Of a DNA stretch of 64,000 nucleotides, positions 49,080-58,048 are shown piece after piece (positions within the stretch are counted from its first letter, which is position 1; each line of letters begins with the position of its first letter). The notes beneath the pieces were generated by a model, which had not been told where the DNA came from, did no database searches, and worked only from the letters and a program-made list of their open reading frames with translations. Origin of the DNA: a virus; IMG/VR virus record IMGVR_UViG_3300025769_012879, positions 64,001 through 128,000 of that record; one strand, given 5' to 3'. Both the position numbers and the translations under genes were made by a program.

Positions 49080-50938
49080 TGCAAATAGCGTCAGAAATTC
49101 TGTCAGATATCACAGTGCATATGAAATATGCGAAGTATATCCCCGAAAAGCAACGTAGGGAAAATTGGGTTGAACTTTGTACTCGTAATAGAGACATGCA
49201 TATTAAGAAATACCCAGAGTTGAAAGAAGAAATTACCCAAGTGTATGAAAACTTTGTCATACCAAAGAAGGTTTTGCCTTCAATGAGATCAATGCAGTTT
49301 GCTGGTAAACCAATTGAGGTTGCCCCAAACCGTGTATATAACTGCGCTTATATGCCAATCGATCACCCTGATGCTTTTGCAGAGTGTATGTTCCTTTTAT
49401 TAGGTGGAACTGGCGTTGGTTTTTCTGTCCAGGCACACCATGTTGAGAAACTACCAGAGATCCGCAAGCCAAACCCAAAGCGTACTCGTCGTTTCTTAGT
49501 ATCTGATTCTATTGAGGGATGGGCAGATGCTGTTAAGGCACTTGTTTATTCTTACTTCAAGGGCACATCTAAACTTCGTTTTGATTTCAGCGATATTCGT
49601 CCAAAGGGCGCTCGTCTTGTAACCTCTGGTGGTAAGGCACCAGGACCCCAACCACTACGTGAGTGCTTGGTAAAGGTTGAGGGCATTCTTTCAGAGAAGG
49701 CAAATGGTGACAAACTTGAAACAATTGAAGTTCATGATATGATTTGTCATATTGCTGATGCTGTTTTAGCAGGCGGTATTCGTCGTGCAGCACTTATTTC
49801 ACTCTTCTCAGCAGATGATGATGAAATGATTGCAGCAAAGTCAGGAAGTTGGTGGGAGACAAATCCACAGCGAGGCAGAGCAAACAACTCCGCAGTAATT
49901 CTACGACACAAAGTTGATAAAGAATACTTTATGTCACTTTGGGATCGTATTAAAAAGTCAGGTTCAGGCGAGCCAGGAATTTATCTATCAAATGATAAGG
50001 ATTGGGGTACCAACCCATGTTGCGAGATTGCTCTTCGTCCTTACCAGTTTTGTAACTTAACAGAGGTAAATGCTTCAGATTTAGAAGATCAGGAAGAGTA
50101 TGAGTCCCGTGTTAAGGCAGCAGCGTTTCTAGGTACCCTACAAGCGGGTTATACGGACTTTCACTACCTACGCGATGTATGGCGTCGAAACACTGAGAAA
50201 GACGCTCTCATCGGCGTCTCAATGACAGGAATCGGGTCTGGTGCTGTTCTCAACTTGGATATGGAAGCAGCAGCAAAAGCAGTCAAAGAAGAGAATAGCA
50301 GGGTTGCAAATCTAATTGGTATTCGTGAGGCAGCGAGAACTACTTGTGTAAAACCAGCAGGCACAACCTCACTAACATTAGGCACTTCTTCAGGCATTCA
50401 TGCTTGGCATAATGATTACTACATTCGTCGCATTCGTGTTGGTAAGAATGAAGCAATTTACAACTACTTATCACTGGCACATGAGGAATTGATTGAAGAT
50501 GAATATTTTAGACCCCACGACACTGCTGTTATCTCTATTCCACAAAAGGCTCCAGAAGGAGCAATTTACCGAACAGAATCAGCCATGTCCATGCTCAAGC
50601 GAGTGGCAAAGGTCTCAAACGAGTGGGTTAGGAAAGGTCATAGAAAAGGTCAAAACACTCACAACGTTTCCGCAACTGTAAGCATTCGTGAGTCCGAATG
50701 GGCAGATGTTGGAGAGTGGATGTGGGAAAACCGCGATGTTTATAATGGTCTTTCAGTTCTACCTTACGATGGTGGTAATTACGATCAGGCACCATTTGAG
50801 GATTGCTCTAAAGAAACTTATGAGGTTATGCTTCAGTCATTAACTAAAGTTGATCTAAATAATGTTTACGAAGCAGAGGACAACACTGATTTATCAGGCG
50901 AGTTGGCTTGTGCAGGCGGTGCTTGCGAAGTAGTATAA
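49079..50938 (+). CDS. nrdJ: class II (B12-dependent) ribonucleotide reductase
   Basis: VYNC, TNPCCEI, QFCNLTE, TCVKPAGT, C-terminal CAGGAC. Confidence 0.9.
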   Translation: MQIASEILSDITVHMKYAKYIPEKQRRENWVELCTRNRDMHIKKYPELKEEITQVYENFVIPKKVLPSMRSMQFAGKPIEVAPNRVYNCAYMPIDHPDAFAECMFLLLGGTGVGFSVQAHHVEKLPEIRKPNPKRTRRFLVSDSIEGWADAVKALVYSYFKGTSKLRFDFSDIRPKGARLVTSGGKAPGPQPLRECLVKVEGILSEKANGDKLETIEVHDMICHIADAVLAGGIRRAALISLFSADDDEMIAAKSGSWWETNPQRGRANNSAVILRHKVDKEYFMSLWDRIKKSGSGEPGIYLSNDKDWGTNPCCEIALRPYQFCNLTEVNASDLEDQEEYESRVKAAAFLGTLQAGYTDFHYLRDVWRRNTEKDALIGVSMTGIGSGAVLNLDMEAAAKAVKEENSRVANLIGIREAARTTCVKPAGTTSLTLGTSSGIHAWHNDYYIRRIRVGKNEAIYNYLSLAHEELIEDEYFRPHDTAVISIPQKAPEGAIYRTESAMSMLKRVAKVSNEWVRKGHRKGQNTHNVSATVSIRESEWADVGEWMWENRDVYNGLSVLPYDGGNYDQAPFEDCSKETYEVMLQSLTKVDLNNVYEAEDNTDLSGELACAGGACEVV

Positions 50939-50963
50939 TCGCTTTACAGCATCTAAGTAGATG

Positions 50964-50998
50964 GAAGGCATGAGGTTTTTATCTCATGCCTTTCTATT
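50964..50998 (+). terminator. intrinsic terminator after nrdJ, overlapping late motif TCTATTTAT
   Basis: GAAGGCATGAG / CTCATGCCTTT inverted repeat. Confidence 0.75.
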
Positions 50999-51024
50999 TA
51001 TTATATCACCTACAGGTAAAATAA

Positions 51025-52557
51025 ATGGCAACATCAGGATTTTCTTATAAACCACTAAAAAACATAACTATTGGCGATCCCGGTGGTTCACAACAAACTT
51101 CTTTTGGCGAGTTGAGAGTTGAATCTCTAACTCCATCTGCTCAAGCAGATTTTGTTTACACAGTCAACGAGAAGATTGTTACACCAATCAATTATGCTGG
51201 CGGCGGTGTTTATCAAGAAGATGGTTATGCCGTTGCCACAAGTTCAACAAATGCAAATGGTTCTGGTGGTGTTCAACTCCGCAGAGGTCTAAAATACTCA
51301 GCAGGTCAAGGTTCTTTATTTAGAGGGACTGCTCTTTTTGACACACCAGTAGACGGCAACATCCAAATTATTGGTCTTGGTAATGGTGAGTGTGGTTACT
51401 TTTTTGGTTACCTCAACGAAAACTTTGCTATTTTACACCAAGACACTTCCAAGAGAGAGATCAGAAAATTTACTATTACAACAGGAGCAGGTACAGAAGA
51501 TGTTACTGTAACCCTTGATGGCGATTCTATTGTTGTTCCATGCACTGGTGCGGGGGACACAACACAAACTGCTTACCAACTTTCCCTTGCTGACTACACA
51601 AATGTAGGCGATGGTTGGCAAGTTGATGTTGTTGGGTCAGATTTATTTTTCCTTTCTGCTCGTGCTGAACCTTACAGCGGTTCTTATTCATTAGCAGGTG
51701 CTTCAATTGTAGCAACACCATCACAGGTTTCCGAAGGTGTTGCTCCTTCGTCAGATGTTTATCTTCAATCTGCATGGAATTACGATAAGATGGACGGCAC
51801 AGGTCCAAGTGGAATGGTTTTGAATCCACAAAGAGGTAATGTCTTCCAGATTGGTTTTCAATATTTAGGTCAAGGTAATGCTTTCTTCTCTATCGAAGAT
51901 GAAAATACCGGTAGACTGGCTTTAGTTCACCAAATTAAAAATGCAAATAATAGAACCACACCAGTTCTAAGAAACCCAAATGTAAGTGGATTAGTTGCTT
52001 CAACAAACACAACTGCTACAACAAGTGTCGAAGTTCGTTGTGCTTCTATGGCAACTTTTACAGAGGGCGAATTCGTAACATTAGACCCAAAATTTGCTCA
52101 TGTAAGAACTTTCGATTCAACGGACACTTCTGGAGATTTCAGGGGTCTTGTCGCTCTAAAAGTAAATCGTGTTTTCCATAATCAATCTTGCTTTGGCGAG
52201 TTGGACCTTTTAAGTATTAGTGCTACTAATGCTGCTGGTTCAACGACACCAAAACCATTCACTATCGGCATTTTCAGAGGTGTTGAAATAACTGGAGATG
52301 TAAACTTTATTGAAGTAAATGGTGGTTCAAGCACAGTTTCCTATGCTGATTTAGGGACTGCTGGCGGTACTGGTTTGGTAATTTCTCAAAATGAACCATT
52401 ATTCACTTTTGGTGTTAATGGCGGTGGATCAAACACAATTGATTTGACAGATTTAGAAATTGTTAGCACCGCTGGCGAAGTCCTTGTTATCGGTTTTAGG
52501 TCGGACGATGCTGTTTCCGACAACACCTTGAGTGTAAACTGGTTTGAGCAGCAATAG
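51025..52557 (+). CDS. hypothetical beta-rich structural/fibre-like protein
   Basis: Gly/Thr/Ser-rich; preceded by a late motif. Confidence 0.55.
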   Translation: MATSGFSYKPLKNITIGDPGGSQQTSFGELRVESLTPSAQADFVYTVNEKIVTPINYAGGGVYQEDGYAVATSSTNANGSGGVQLRRGLKYSAGQGSLFRGTALFDTPVDGNIQIIGLGNGECGYFFGYLNENFAILHQDTSKREIRKFTITTGAGTEDVTVTLDGDSIVVPCTGAGDTTQTAYQLSLADYTNVGDGWQVDVVGSDLFFLSARAEPYSGSYSLAGASIVATPSQVSEGVAPSSDVYLQSAWNYDKMDGTGPSGMVLNPQRGNVFQIGFQYLGQGNAFFSIEDENTGRLALVHQIKNANNRTTPVLRNPNVSGLVASTNTTATTSVEVRCASMATFTEGEFVTLDPKFAHVRTFDSTDTSGDFRGLVALKVNRVFHNQSCFGELDLLSISATNAAGSTTPKPFTIGIFRGVEITGDVNFIEVNGGSSTVSYADLGTAGGTGLVISQNEPLFTFGVNGGGSNTIDLTDLEIVSTAGEVLVIGFRSDDAVSDNTLSVNWFEQQ

Positions 52558-52560
52558 AAA

Positions 52561-52568
52561 ACTATTTA
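52561..52568 (+). promoter_or_regulatory. putative late promoter for lysis genes
   Basis: ACTATTTA followed by SD GAGG. Confidence 0.7.
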
Positions 52569-52586
52569 ACTTACGAGGAATGAAAA

Positions 52587-52871
52587 ATGTCTGAAGAAAA
52601 GATAAACAACGCAGTTGAGTTTGCTGAACTCAAAGGTTCACTCAAAAGAATTGAAGATGTTATTATGACAATAAAAGAAAAAAATGAGGAAATGGCTGGT
52701 GATATTACCAAGATCAAAGAAGCAATCTACAACCCAGATCAAGGCATTTACTCTCGTCTAAAAGAACTTGAAGCATGGAAAGCAAACATGAGTAAAGTTC
52801 TTTGGATTGGCGCAACCGGAGTTATTGGTTCTATTGGTGTTGCAATCTGGGAAGTTTTAAAAAACACATAA
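52587..52871 (+). CDS. coiled coil + C-terminal TM protein (holin/XhlA-like)
   Basis: Single C-terminal TM; directly upstream of the endolysin. Confidence 0.55.
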   Translation: MSEEKINNAVEFAELKGSLKRIEDVIMTIKEKNEEMAGDITKIKEAIYNPDQGIYSRLKELEAWKANMSKVLWIGATGVIGSIGVAIWEVLKNT

Positions 52872-52880
52872 GGATATAAA

Positions 52881-53807
52881 ATGTTACTAAAAAAAGGTTC
52901 ATCCGGTCATCAAGTAGTCGAACTACAAGAGGGACTTGAAGCATTAGGTTACGAATTAGGTGCCTGTGATGGCGCTTTTGGTCCAGCAACAGAAAAAGAA
53001 GTTAAAAAGTTCCAAGCAGAAAATGGACTAAAAGCAGATGGTTTAGCAGGTAAAGGAACAATTGGCAAACTAAATGAGTTGCTAAATGCTAGAAATATTG
53101 AGATCCAAGTTGGCGAAGATGATCAAAATGAAGAGGACTTACCACCAGACGAAAAGTTGAGTTGGGTAAAATGCCCAGCAGATAAGTTCCCAGGCAGAGC
53201 AGGTTACACCCGTGTAACACTCCGTTCAGATGCCGCAGGGGCATACAACGCTCTCTATCAAGAGGTTCAGGACTTAGGCGGTTACTTAACTTCAGCAGGC
53301 GGTAGAAGAGGTTTAGCATCCAAAGCAGGAGCCGCACGATCTAAGAAATCAATGCATTATGTAGGTTTAGCATTTGACATGGCACTGCCAACAGGTATGT
53401 ACAAACCAGAGAAAGACCCTTATGTTATTGAAGATGTTGGCAATCGTCGCTGGAAGGTCTGGATGAGATGTGATAAGGGCGAGGAAATGACCATCGAAGG
53501 AACTTATGTAACTCGTTCAGGCGGTAAGACAAAGTTGAATAAAAAAGAAGTGACAGGAACATTTGTAGATTTCACAGCACTCGCTCTAAAACATGGTTTT
53601 CATTCCATTCGTGCCCGTAGTTCATTTTTTAGAGGCGGTTCCTATGGTGGAGCAGAATGGTGGCATTTCCAGTATGAAAGAGCACTTACAAGAGGCGAAT
53701 CTACTTTTGGTGAAGAACTACTAAAAGTTTACCCACTCGCCAAAGCAAAGCGATTTGTTTACTGGAACCAGTCAAAAGATTGTGTTTTCGGAAAGAACTG
53801 GTTTTAG
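52881..53807 (+). CDS. endolysin: PG-binding domain + M15-type Zn peptidase
   Basis: LKKGSSG..V..LQ..L...DG.FG..T...V..FQ...GL.ADG; SMHYVGLAFD and EWWH. Confidence 0.85.
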   Translation: MLLKKGSSGHQVVELQEGLEALGYELGACDGAFGPATEKEVKKFQAENGLKADGLAGKGTIGKLNELLNARNIEIQVGEDDQNEEDLPPDEKLSWVKCPADKFPGRAGYTRVTLRSDAAGAYNALYQEVQDLGGYLTSAGGRRGLASKAGAARSKKSMHYVGLAFDMALPTGMYKPEKDPYVIEDVGNRRWKVWMRCDKGEEMTIEGTYVTRSGGKTKLNKKEVTGTFVDFTALALKHGFHSIRARSSFFRGGSYGGAEWWHFQYERALTRGESTFGEELLKVYPLAKAKRFVYWNQSKDCVFGKNWF

Positions 53808-53810
53808 TTC

Positions 53811-53839
53811 TTGACATAGACCCCAAGATCACCTATAAT
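53811..53839 (+). promoter_or_regulatory. consensus sigma70 promoter
   Basis: TTGACA-N17-TATAAT. Confidence 0.85.
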
Positions 53840-53857
53840 TGATCAAGCGAGGTCGAG

Positions 53858-54064
53858 ATGAAAAGATTCCAATTTGTAATTCATAATCCAAAAACAGAAG
53901 AAGTAAAGATGCGAAACATCGAAAGGCGAAATTTTGATGAAGCCGTAGTAGATGCCCGTATTTATGCCCGTAGTGAATGGGAAAACACAGGAGAACAATG
54001 GTTCTTAGTTGCTGTTTACGACATGGATTATCAATTTGACCTCTCAAGACCGACAAGGGGGTGA
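53858..54064 (+). CDS. hypothetical early protein
   Basis: Follows a consensus promoter; SD GAGG. Confidence 0.65.
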   Translation: MKRFQFVIHNPKTEEVKMRNIERRNFDEAVVDARIYARSEWENTGEQWFLVAVYDMDYQFDLSRPTRG

Positions 54065-54084
54065 TTTCCATTAGGTCGAGGTCA

Positions 54085-54117
54085 ACCCGCAGGGCGGCAC
54101 GGGGTAAAAGGTGTCGC
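54085..54117 (+). ncRNA. putative H-type pseudoknot element
   Basis: ACCC/GGGT interleaved with GCGGCAC/GTGTCGC; GC-rich island in an AT-rich intergenic gap. Confidence 0.45.
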
Positions 54118-54140
54118 ACTCTCACTAGTTATGGTATAGA

Positions 54141-54650
54141 ATGGATACTTTGGTATTATCGTCTGCTTATCAACCGATGCACCATGTAAAGTGGCAAGAA
54201 GCCATTTCTATGTGGTTTGCTGGAAGGGTTGAGATTGTTTCAGTTTACGAAGACAGATTTATCAAAACTGTTGACGACATCTTAAATGTTCCTTCAATTG
54301 TTCGATTTGTAGGTAATGTTCTAAAAAGATTTCAGTTCAATAGGGTCGTAAAGTTTAGCAGAGACAATGTTTTTCTAAGAGACAAAGGTCAGTGTCAGTA
54401 TTGCTCAAAGCAATTGACCAGACAAAACTTTACCTTAGACCACATCATTCCTGTCTCACAAGGCGGTAAGAAGGTATGGCAGAACATTGTAACTTGCTGT
54501 AAGTCCTGCAATCAAAGGAAGGGAAACAAGTCAGTGAAGCAAGCAGGAATGAGATTACAAAACAAACCAATAATTCCAAAAGAACTAATCGTTGGAAGGG
54601 AAAACATTTTTAGCACAAACACTCCTGAAGAGTGGAAAGATTATCTATGA
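54141..54650 (+). CDS. HNH endonuclease (McrA-like)
   Basis: RDKGQCQYC, TLDHIIP.SQGG, N.V.CC..CN..K. Confidence 0.9.
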   Translation: MDTLVLSSAYQPMHHVKWQEAISMWFAGRVEIVSVYEDRFIKTVDDILNVPSIVRFVGNVLKRFQFNRVVKFSRDNVFLRDKGQCQYCSKQLTRQNFTLDHIIPVSQGGKKVWQNIVTCCKSCNQRKGNKSVKQAGMRLQNKPIIPKELIVGRENIFSTNTPEEWKDYL

Positions 54651-55204
54651 AACAAGAATTCGTTATTTACACAGGGTCAATGTTTGGTGGCAAGACATCA
54701 CGAATGCTTGCCAGATTAGAAAGAGCAAAGTACAAGAAAAAAGTAATTAAATTGTTCAAACCAAATATGGACACAAGATACTCAACTGAATCGGTTATGT
54801 CTCATAACGGAGTTCGCTGGAGATCTACAAACATCGTAAATGGTCAAGACATCTTAGAGAATCTTGGAAGAGCAGATGTTGTTGCTGTAGATGAAGCATT
54901 TATGATTCCAGGTGTAGCAGACACCCTTGTAGAACTTTATAAGAGGGGCAAAACAATCTATGTTTCATCACTACAAATGTCATCTGCGGGAGATCCTTTT
55001 GAAGAGGTCGTAAAGATGATGCCTTATGCTACAAGGATTGAAGTTTGCCCAGCGGTTTGTTTTTGTGGAGAAGATGCCTATTACACTATTCGACTGAATA
55101 ATGAAGAAAGAGAAGTTATGGTTGGCGGTAAAGATGACTATGAACCGCGATGCAAAGAACACACTCATTATATGAACGAGTTAGAAAAACTTGACAATGA
55201 GTAA
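54647..55204 (+). CDS. tdk: thymidine kinase
   Basis: GSMFGGKT, FKP..DTRY, VAVDEAF, VGG...YEPRC..H. Confidence 0.92.
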   Translation: MKQEFVIYTGSMFGGKTSRMLARLERAKYKKKVIKLFKPNMDTRYSTESVMSHNGVRWRSTNIVNGQDILENLGRADVVAVDEAFMIPGVADTLVELYKRGKTIYVSSLQMSSAGDPFEEVVKMMPYATRIEVCPAVCFCGEDAYYTIRLNNEEREVMVGGKDDYEPRCKEHTHYMNELEKLDNE

Positions 55205-55219
55205 AAAATACCATATAAT
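55191..55219 (+). promoter_or_regulatory. consensus sigma70 promoter for tRNA-Tyr
   Basis: TTGACA-N17-TATAAT. Confidence 0.85.
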
Positions 55220-55232
55220 GGTATTCAAGTTT

Positions 55233-55316
55233 GGAGGAGCGGTAAAGTTGGAGAGTTGCCCTGGTCTGTAAAACCAGTGCCGAAAGGCTGAGTGAGTTCG
55301 AATCTCACCTCCTCCA
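55233..55316 (+). tRNA. tRNA-Tyr(GUA)
   Basis: GGAGGAG/CTCCTCC acceptor, CTGGT-CTGTAAA-ACCAG, long variable arm, GTTCGAATC; no encoded CCA. Confidence 0.88.
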
Positions 55317-55331
55317 CCCTGGAGAAAACAA

Positions 55332-55553
55332 ATGAGATATTATAAAATAATAGATTTTAAAGTAGGAGATTTTATTTACAAGTTTAAAGAAGATCAGTGG
55401 TTAAGGTACGGCAAGGTTGTTCTGGAACAGGACGATATCTTTGGAGTAACCTCTAGCAATTTTAAAGGTGTGATGATGCTCCGCAAAGATCTTCTTTATT
55501 CAGAAGGGTTTATTGCAAGCAACTATGAACTTGACAACAAGCAAGAAGATTGA
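55332..55553 (+). CDS. hypothetical protein
   Basis: SD GGAG. Confidence 0.6.
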   Translation: MRYYKIIDFKVGDFIYKFKEDQWLRYGKVVLEQDDIFGVTSSNFKGVMMLRKDLLYSEGFIASNYELDNKQED

Positions 55554-55559
55554 TACAAT
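55531..55559 (+). promoter_or_regulatory. sigma70 promoter for tRNA-Leu
   Basis: TTGACA-N17-TACAAT. Confidence 0.75.
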
Positions 55560-55571
55560 AGTTTTCAAGAA

Positions 55572-55658
55572 GCGAGCATGGTGGAATTGGTAGACACAAC
55601 GGACTTAAAATCCGTCGCCTCGTTTGGCATGGGGGTTCAAGTCCCCCTGCTCGTACCA
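55572..55658 (+). tRNA. tRNA-Leu(UAA)
   Basis: ACGGA-CTTAAAA-TCCGT, variable arm, CCA end. Confidence 0.92.
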
Positions 55659-55668
55659 AAGGTGTTTT

Positions 55669-55893
55669 ATGAAAAATAAAAAAGCATTGAAAGAATTTAG
55701 AGAAGAATTTTTATTAGATGAAGATTATGAGTATAGCATTGAACAAGATGATGGCGGGAAGACATTAGACATTATTGTCCCAGAAGGACATGCCCAGTTC
55801 CTAAGACAAAAGATTCCACGAAGATGGAGAGGGATTAGGACGATGATAATTTCCCGTAAAAAAAGAAAGCAAATAGATGAAGATGAAATCTAA
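55669..55893 (+). CDS. hypothetical protein
   Basis: ATG 55669 after the tRNA. Confidence 0.6.
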   Translation: MKNKKALKEFREEFLLDEDYEYSIEQDDGGKTLDIIVPEGHAQFLRQKIPRRWRGIRTMIISRKKRKQIDEDEI

Positions 55894-55896
55894 TTT

Positions 55897-56118
55897 ATGA
55901 AGATAGGTGATTTAGTTATAACAAAAACAAACAGACATGTCGGCTGTATAATCGACATAAAAAAACAAAGGTGGGCTGGTGTTTGTGCCAAGATCTTATT
56001 CTTCAAAACAGGTAAGAAAGAATGGAGAAAAATGGGCAACTTAGAACCACTTGACAAAATCCACAAGGAGGGTTATAATGGATTCACTTCACGAGAAAAG
56101 AATGAGAGAGATCAATAA
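55897..56118 (+). CDS. small KOW/SH3-like hypothetical protein
   Basis: MKIGDLV...G.I. Confidence 0.55.
   Translation: MKIGDLVITKTNRHVGCIIDIKKQRWAGVCAKILFFKTGKKEWRKMGNLEPLDKIHKEGYNGFTSREKNERDQ
56051..56079 (+). promoter_or_regulatory. consensus sigma70 promoter
   Basis: TTGACA-N17-TATAAT. Confidence 0.8.
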
Positions 56119-56236
56119 AGAACAAGATAGGCTTCGTCGTAACGAACTTATCTATGTAGCGGTCTCAAGCACATGTATGGGTTATTGCCTTGGTGAATTG
56201 GTGAGAAACTTTTTCCATTACATGGGCTGGATGTAA
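56078..56236 (+). CDS. small hypothetical membrane protein (start uncertain: 56078 or 56102)
   Basis: Hydrophobic C-terminal half. Confidence 0.45.
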   Translation: MDSLHEKRMREINKEQDRLRRNELIYVAVSSTCMGYCLGELVRNFFHYMGWM

Positions 56237-56244
56237 AAATCCAA

Positions 56245-56321
56245 GCGCCCTTAGCTCAGTTGGATAGAGCATCGGTCTTCTAAACCGAGGGTCACAGGTT
56301 CGAATCCTGTAGGGCGTGCCA
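56245..56321 (+). tRNA. tRNA-Arg(UCU)
   Basis: TCGGT-CTTCTAA-ACCGA; CCA. Confidence 0.93.
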
Positions 56322-56323
56322 AA

Positions 56324-56400
56324 GCGGGTGTAGCATAACTGGTAAATGCACTGTTCTTATAAAGCAGAGATAGTGAGTTCAAGCCTCACCACCCGTACCA
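56324..56400 (+). tRNA. tRNA-Ile(UAU)
   Basis: CTGTT-CTTATAA-AGCAG; GCGGGTG/CACCCGT acceptor; CCA. Confidence 0.85.
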
Positions 56401-56404
56401 AAAC

Positions 56405-56477
56405 GCCGAAATAGCTCAGTTGGTAGAGCGCTTCACTTGTAATGAAGATGTCACGGGTTCGATTCCTGTTTTCGGCA
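56405..56477 (+). tRNA. tRNA-Thr(UGU)
   Basis: CTTCA-CTTGTAA-TGAAG; no encoded CCA. Confidence 0.9.
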
Positions 56478-56488
56478 CTGGACGAAAA

Positions 56489-56734
56489 ATGAAAGAAATA
56501 ACAATAAAATTCGATGAAAAGTTTTATAAGCGTCTAAATGACGCACGCAGATTAGAAGCACCAGATATTAGGAACGCTAAGTTCTGTAAAGAATTGGTAG
56601 AAGCGATGGTCGGTGCTATTGAAGACGATCACAAAAATAAAGGAGATAAAAGTGCAAATCGTAAAAAACGAACTAACAAACAAACTAAACAAACTAAACC
56701 TCGCAAACGACGCCGAAGTAACTCTTCGTTATGA
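56489..56734 (+). CDS. hypothetical protein (ribbon-helix-helix-like N-terminus possible)
   Basis: MKEITIKFDEKFYKRL; 3' end overlaps the next gene. Confidence 0.5.
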   Translation: MKEITIKFDEKFYKRLNDARRLEAPDIRNAKFCKELVEAMVGAIEDDHKNKGDKSANRKKRTNKQTKQTKPRKRRRSNSSL

Positions 56735-57137
56735 GAACGGTCGTCAGGTATTTCACTACACAGGCGATTATTTAGACGAGGTTCTTCAAGAGACCAATGT
56801 TATTAGTGAGGTCGCACACCTCGTATCCTACGATGGTATTCGTAAGCATAACTCAGTAATTAACGATCTCCGAAACAACGGAGCACTTGATGATTATGAG
56901 CGAGGTTCATTCACCTTTGAAGACCATGTTTACGAGGCAGTAAAGAACGACTGGTATGATTACATCGAAGAGTCAGTCGAACAATGGGATCACAAGCGAG
57001 GAATGTGTAATGTTTCCGCAGAGGTAAAGGTTCCACTAAATCTACTAGCAGAAGCAGAGGAGTTTGGATTTACTCTTGATAATGCTTGGAAGGTCTTTGT
57101 TCGCACTGATGCCGGTGTGTTGGAGGTAGAGCGATAA
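56652..57137 (+). CDS. hypothetical protein
   Basis: SD AGGAG 56641, GTG 56652. Confidence 0.7.
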   Translation: MQIVKNELTNKLNKLNLANDAEVTLRYENGRQVFHYTGDYLDEVLQETNVISEVAHLVSYDGIRKHNSVINDLRNNGALDDYERGSFTFEDHVYEAVKNDWYDYIEESVEQWDHKRGMCNVSAEVKVPLNLLAEAEEFGFTLDNAWKVFVRTDAGVLEVER

Positions 57138-57250
57138 TGTTTGTAGATGATAAGCAATTTGAGAAGGAAGCAGGTAAGGTCTTTTGGGCATTTGTAGCAG
57201 CATTCGCAGGAGTTGCGGGACTATTCCTTTATCTTGGGAGTTTGGGATGA
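57137..57250 (+). CDS. 37-aa single-TM peptide (not in the ORF track)
   Basis: SD GGAGG, TAATG overlap; VFWAFVAAFAGVAGLFLYLG. Confidence 0.6.
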   Translation: MFVDDKQFEKEAGKVFWAFVAAFAGVAGLFLYLGSLG

Positions 57251-57348
57251 CTCTAAAACAATTATTTTACAGTATTTTGGGAATCACATTTGTTGGTTAT
57301 TGTTTGTTCAGAATGATTCCTGGTGTTTATAATTTATTTATGGGGTAA
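57247..57348 (+). CDS. 33-aa single-TM peptide (not in the ORF track)
   Basis: ATGA overlap, SD GGGAG; MTLKQLFYSILGITFVGYCLFRMIPGVYNLFMG. Confidence 0.55.
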   Translation: MTLKQLFYSILGITFVGYCLFRMIPGVYNLFMG

Positions 57349-57349
57349 A

Positions 57350-58048
57350 ATGTTATTAAAAATGAAAATCCCTCTTTATGAGGACGGCAAAGGTTTCGTA
57401 GAGTTAGTTGATGCTGTGGGTTCAGACCTTTCAGTTGTAAACTCTGCTCGCGTTTCCTTTGGCAAGCACAAAACAGAACTTGATAATAAAGATAAAAAAC
57501 TTATCAAGTATCTTATCAAACACAAGCACACTTCCACCCTGGAACACTGCTTTGTAACCTTCCGTGTAAAGGTTCCGCTGTTTGTTCGCTCTCAACACCA
57601 CAGGCATCGCACTTGGTCTTACAACGAGATTAGTCGTCGTTACACTGACTTTGACATTCAGTTCTATGAACCATCAACTTTTAGAACTCAGCACAAATCA
57701 AACCGTCAAGCAAGCAATGCAAGTGATTTAATTGATCCCGTTTTGCCACAGTGGGAAACATCAGCAGCAGTAGCAATGCGACACCACCATCAAGCAAGTC
57801 TTCAATTGTTTGAAGAACTTATTGAGTCAGGTGTTTGCCGTGAACAAGCAAGGGGTGTTCTACCACAGAACATGTATACAGAATACTATGCTTCAGCAAA
57901 CCTAAATAACATTTTGAAGTTTATTGACCTCCGCACACACGAAGGAGCGCAGTGGGAAATTCAAGAAATGGCAAAGGGAATGCTGGAAATCATTACAAAA
58001 CTTTATCCAGAGACAGTAGGGGCATATCGTGAAATCAGGGGAGCATAA
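57350..58048 (+). CDS. thyX: flavin-dependent thymidylate synthase
   Basis: H.S.LEH; RHRTWSYNEISRRY; EQARGVLP; AQWEI. Confidence 0.93.
   Translation: MLLKMKIPLYEDGKGFVELVDAVGSDLSVVNSARVSFGKHKTELDNKDKKLIKYLIKHKHTSTLEHCFVTFRVKVPLFVRSQHHRHRTWSYNEISRRYTDFDIQFYEPSTFRTQHKSNRQASNASDLIDPVLPQWETSAAVAMRHHHQASLQLFEELIESGVCREQARGVLPQNMYTEYYASANLNNILKFIDLRTHEGAQWEIQEMAKGMLEIITKLYPETVGAYREIRGA

Noticed and set aside
54075-54125. HDV-like/theta ribozyme
   Set aside because: Could not fit the nested P1-P2-P3-P1.1-P4 order or a J4/2 catalytic C; not adjacent to a tRNA 3' end
54062-54141. Readthrough or frameshift from the 53858 ORF into HNH via the pseudoknot
   Set aside because: An in-frame TAG at 54126 blocks the HNH frame; no slippery heptamer at suitable spacing
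54141-54650. HNH as an IscB/OMEGA-type RNA-guided nuclease
   Set aside because: Only 169 aa, no RuvC or PLMP motifs, and the upstream gap (~75 nt) is far too short for an omegaRNA
55624-56488. 5' extensions of ORFs 55624 and 56420
   Set aside because: They run through tRNA genes; the real starts are 55669 and 56489
56671-56700. AAACTAAAC short tandem repeat
   Set aside because: Low-complexity coding sequence (NKLNKLN), only 2-3 copies
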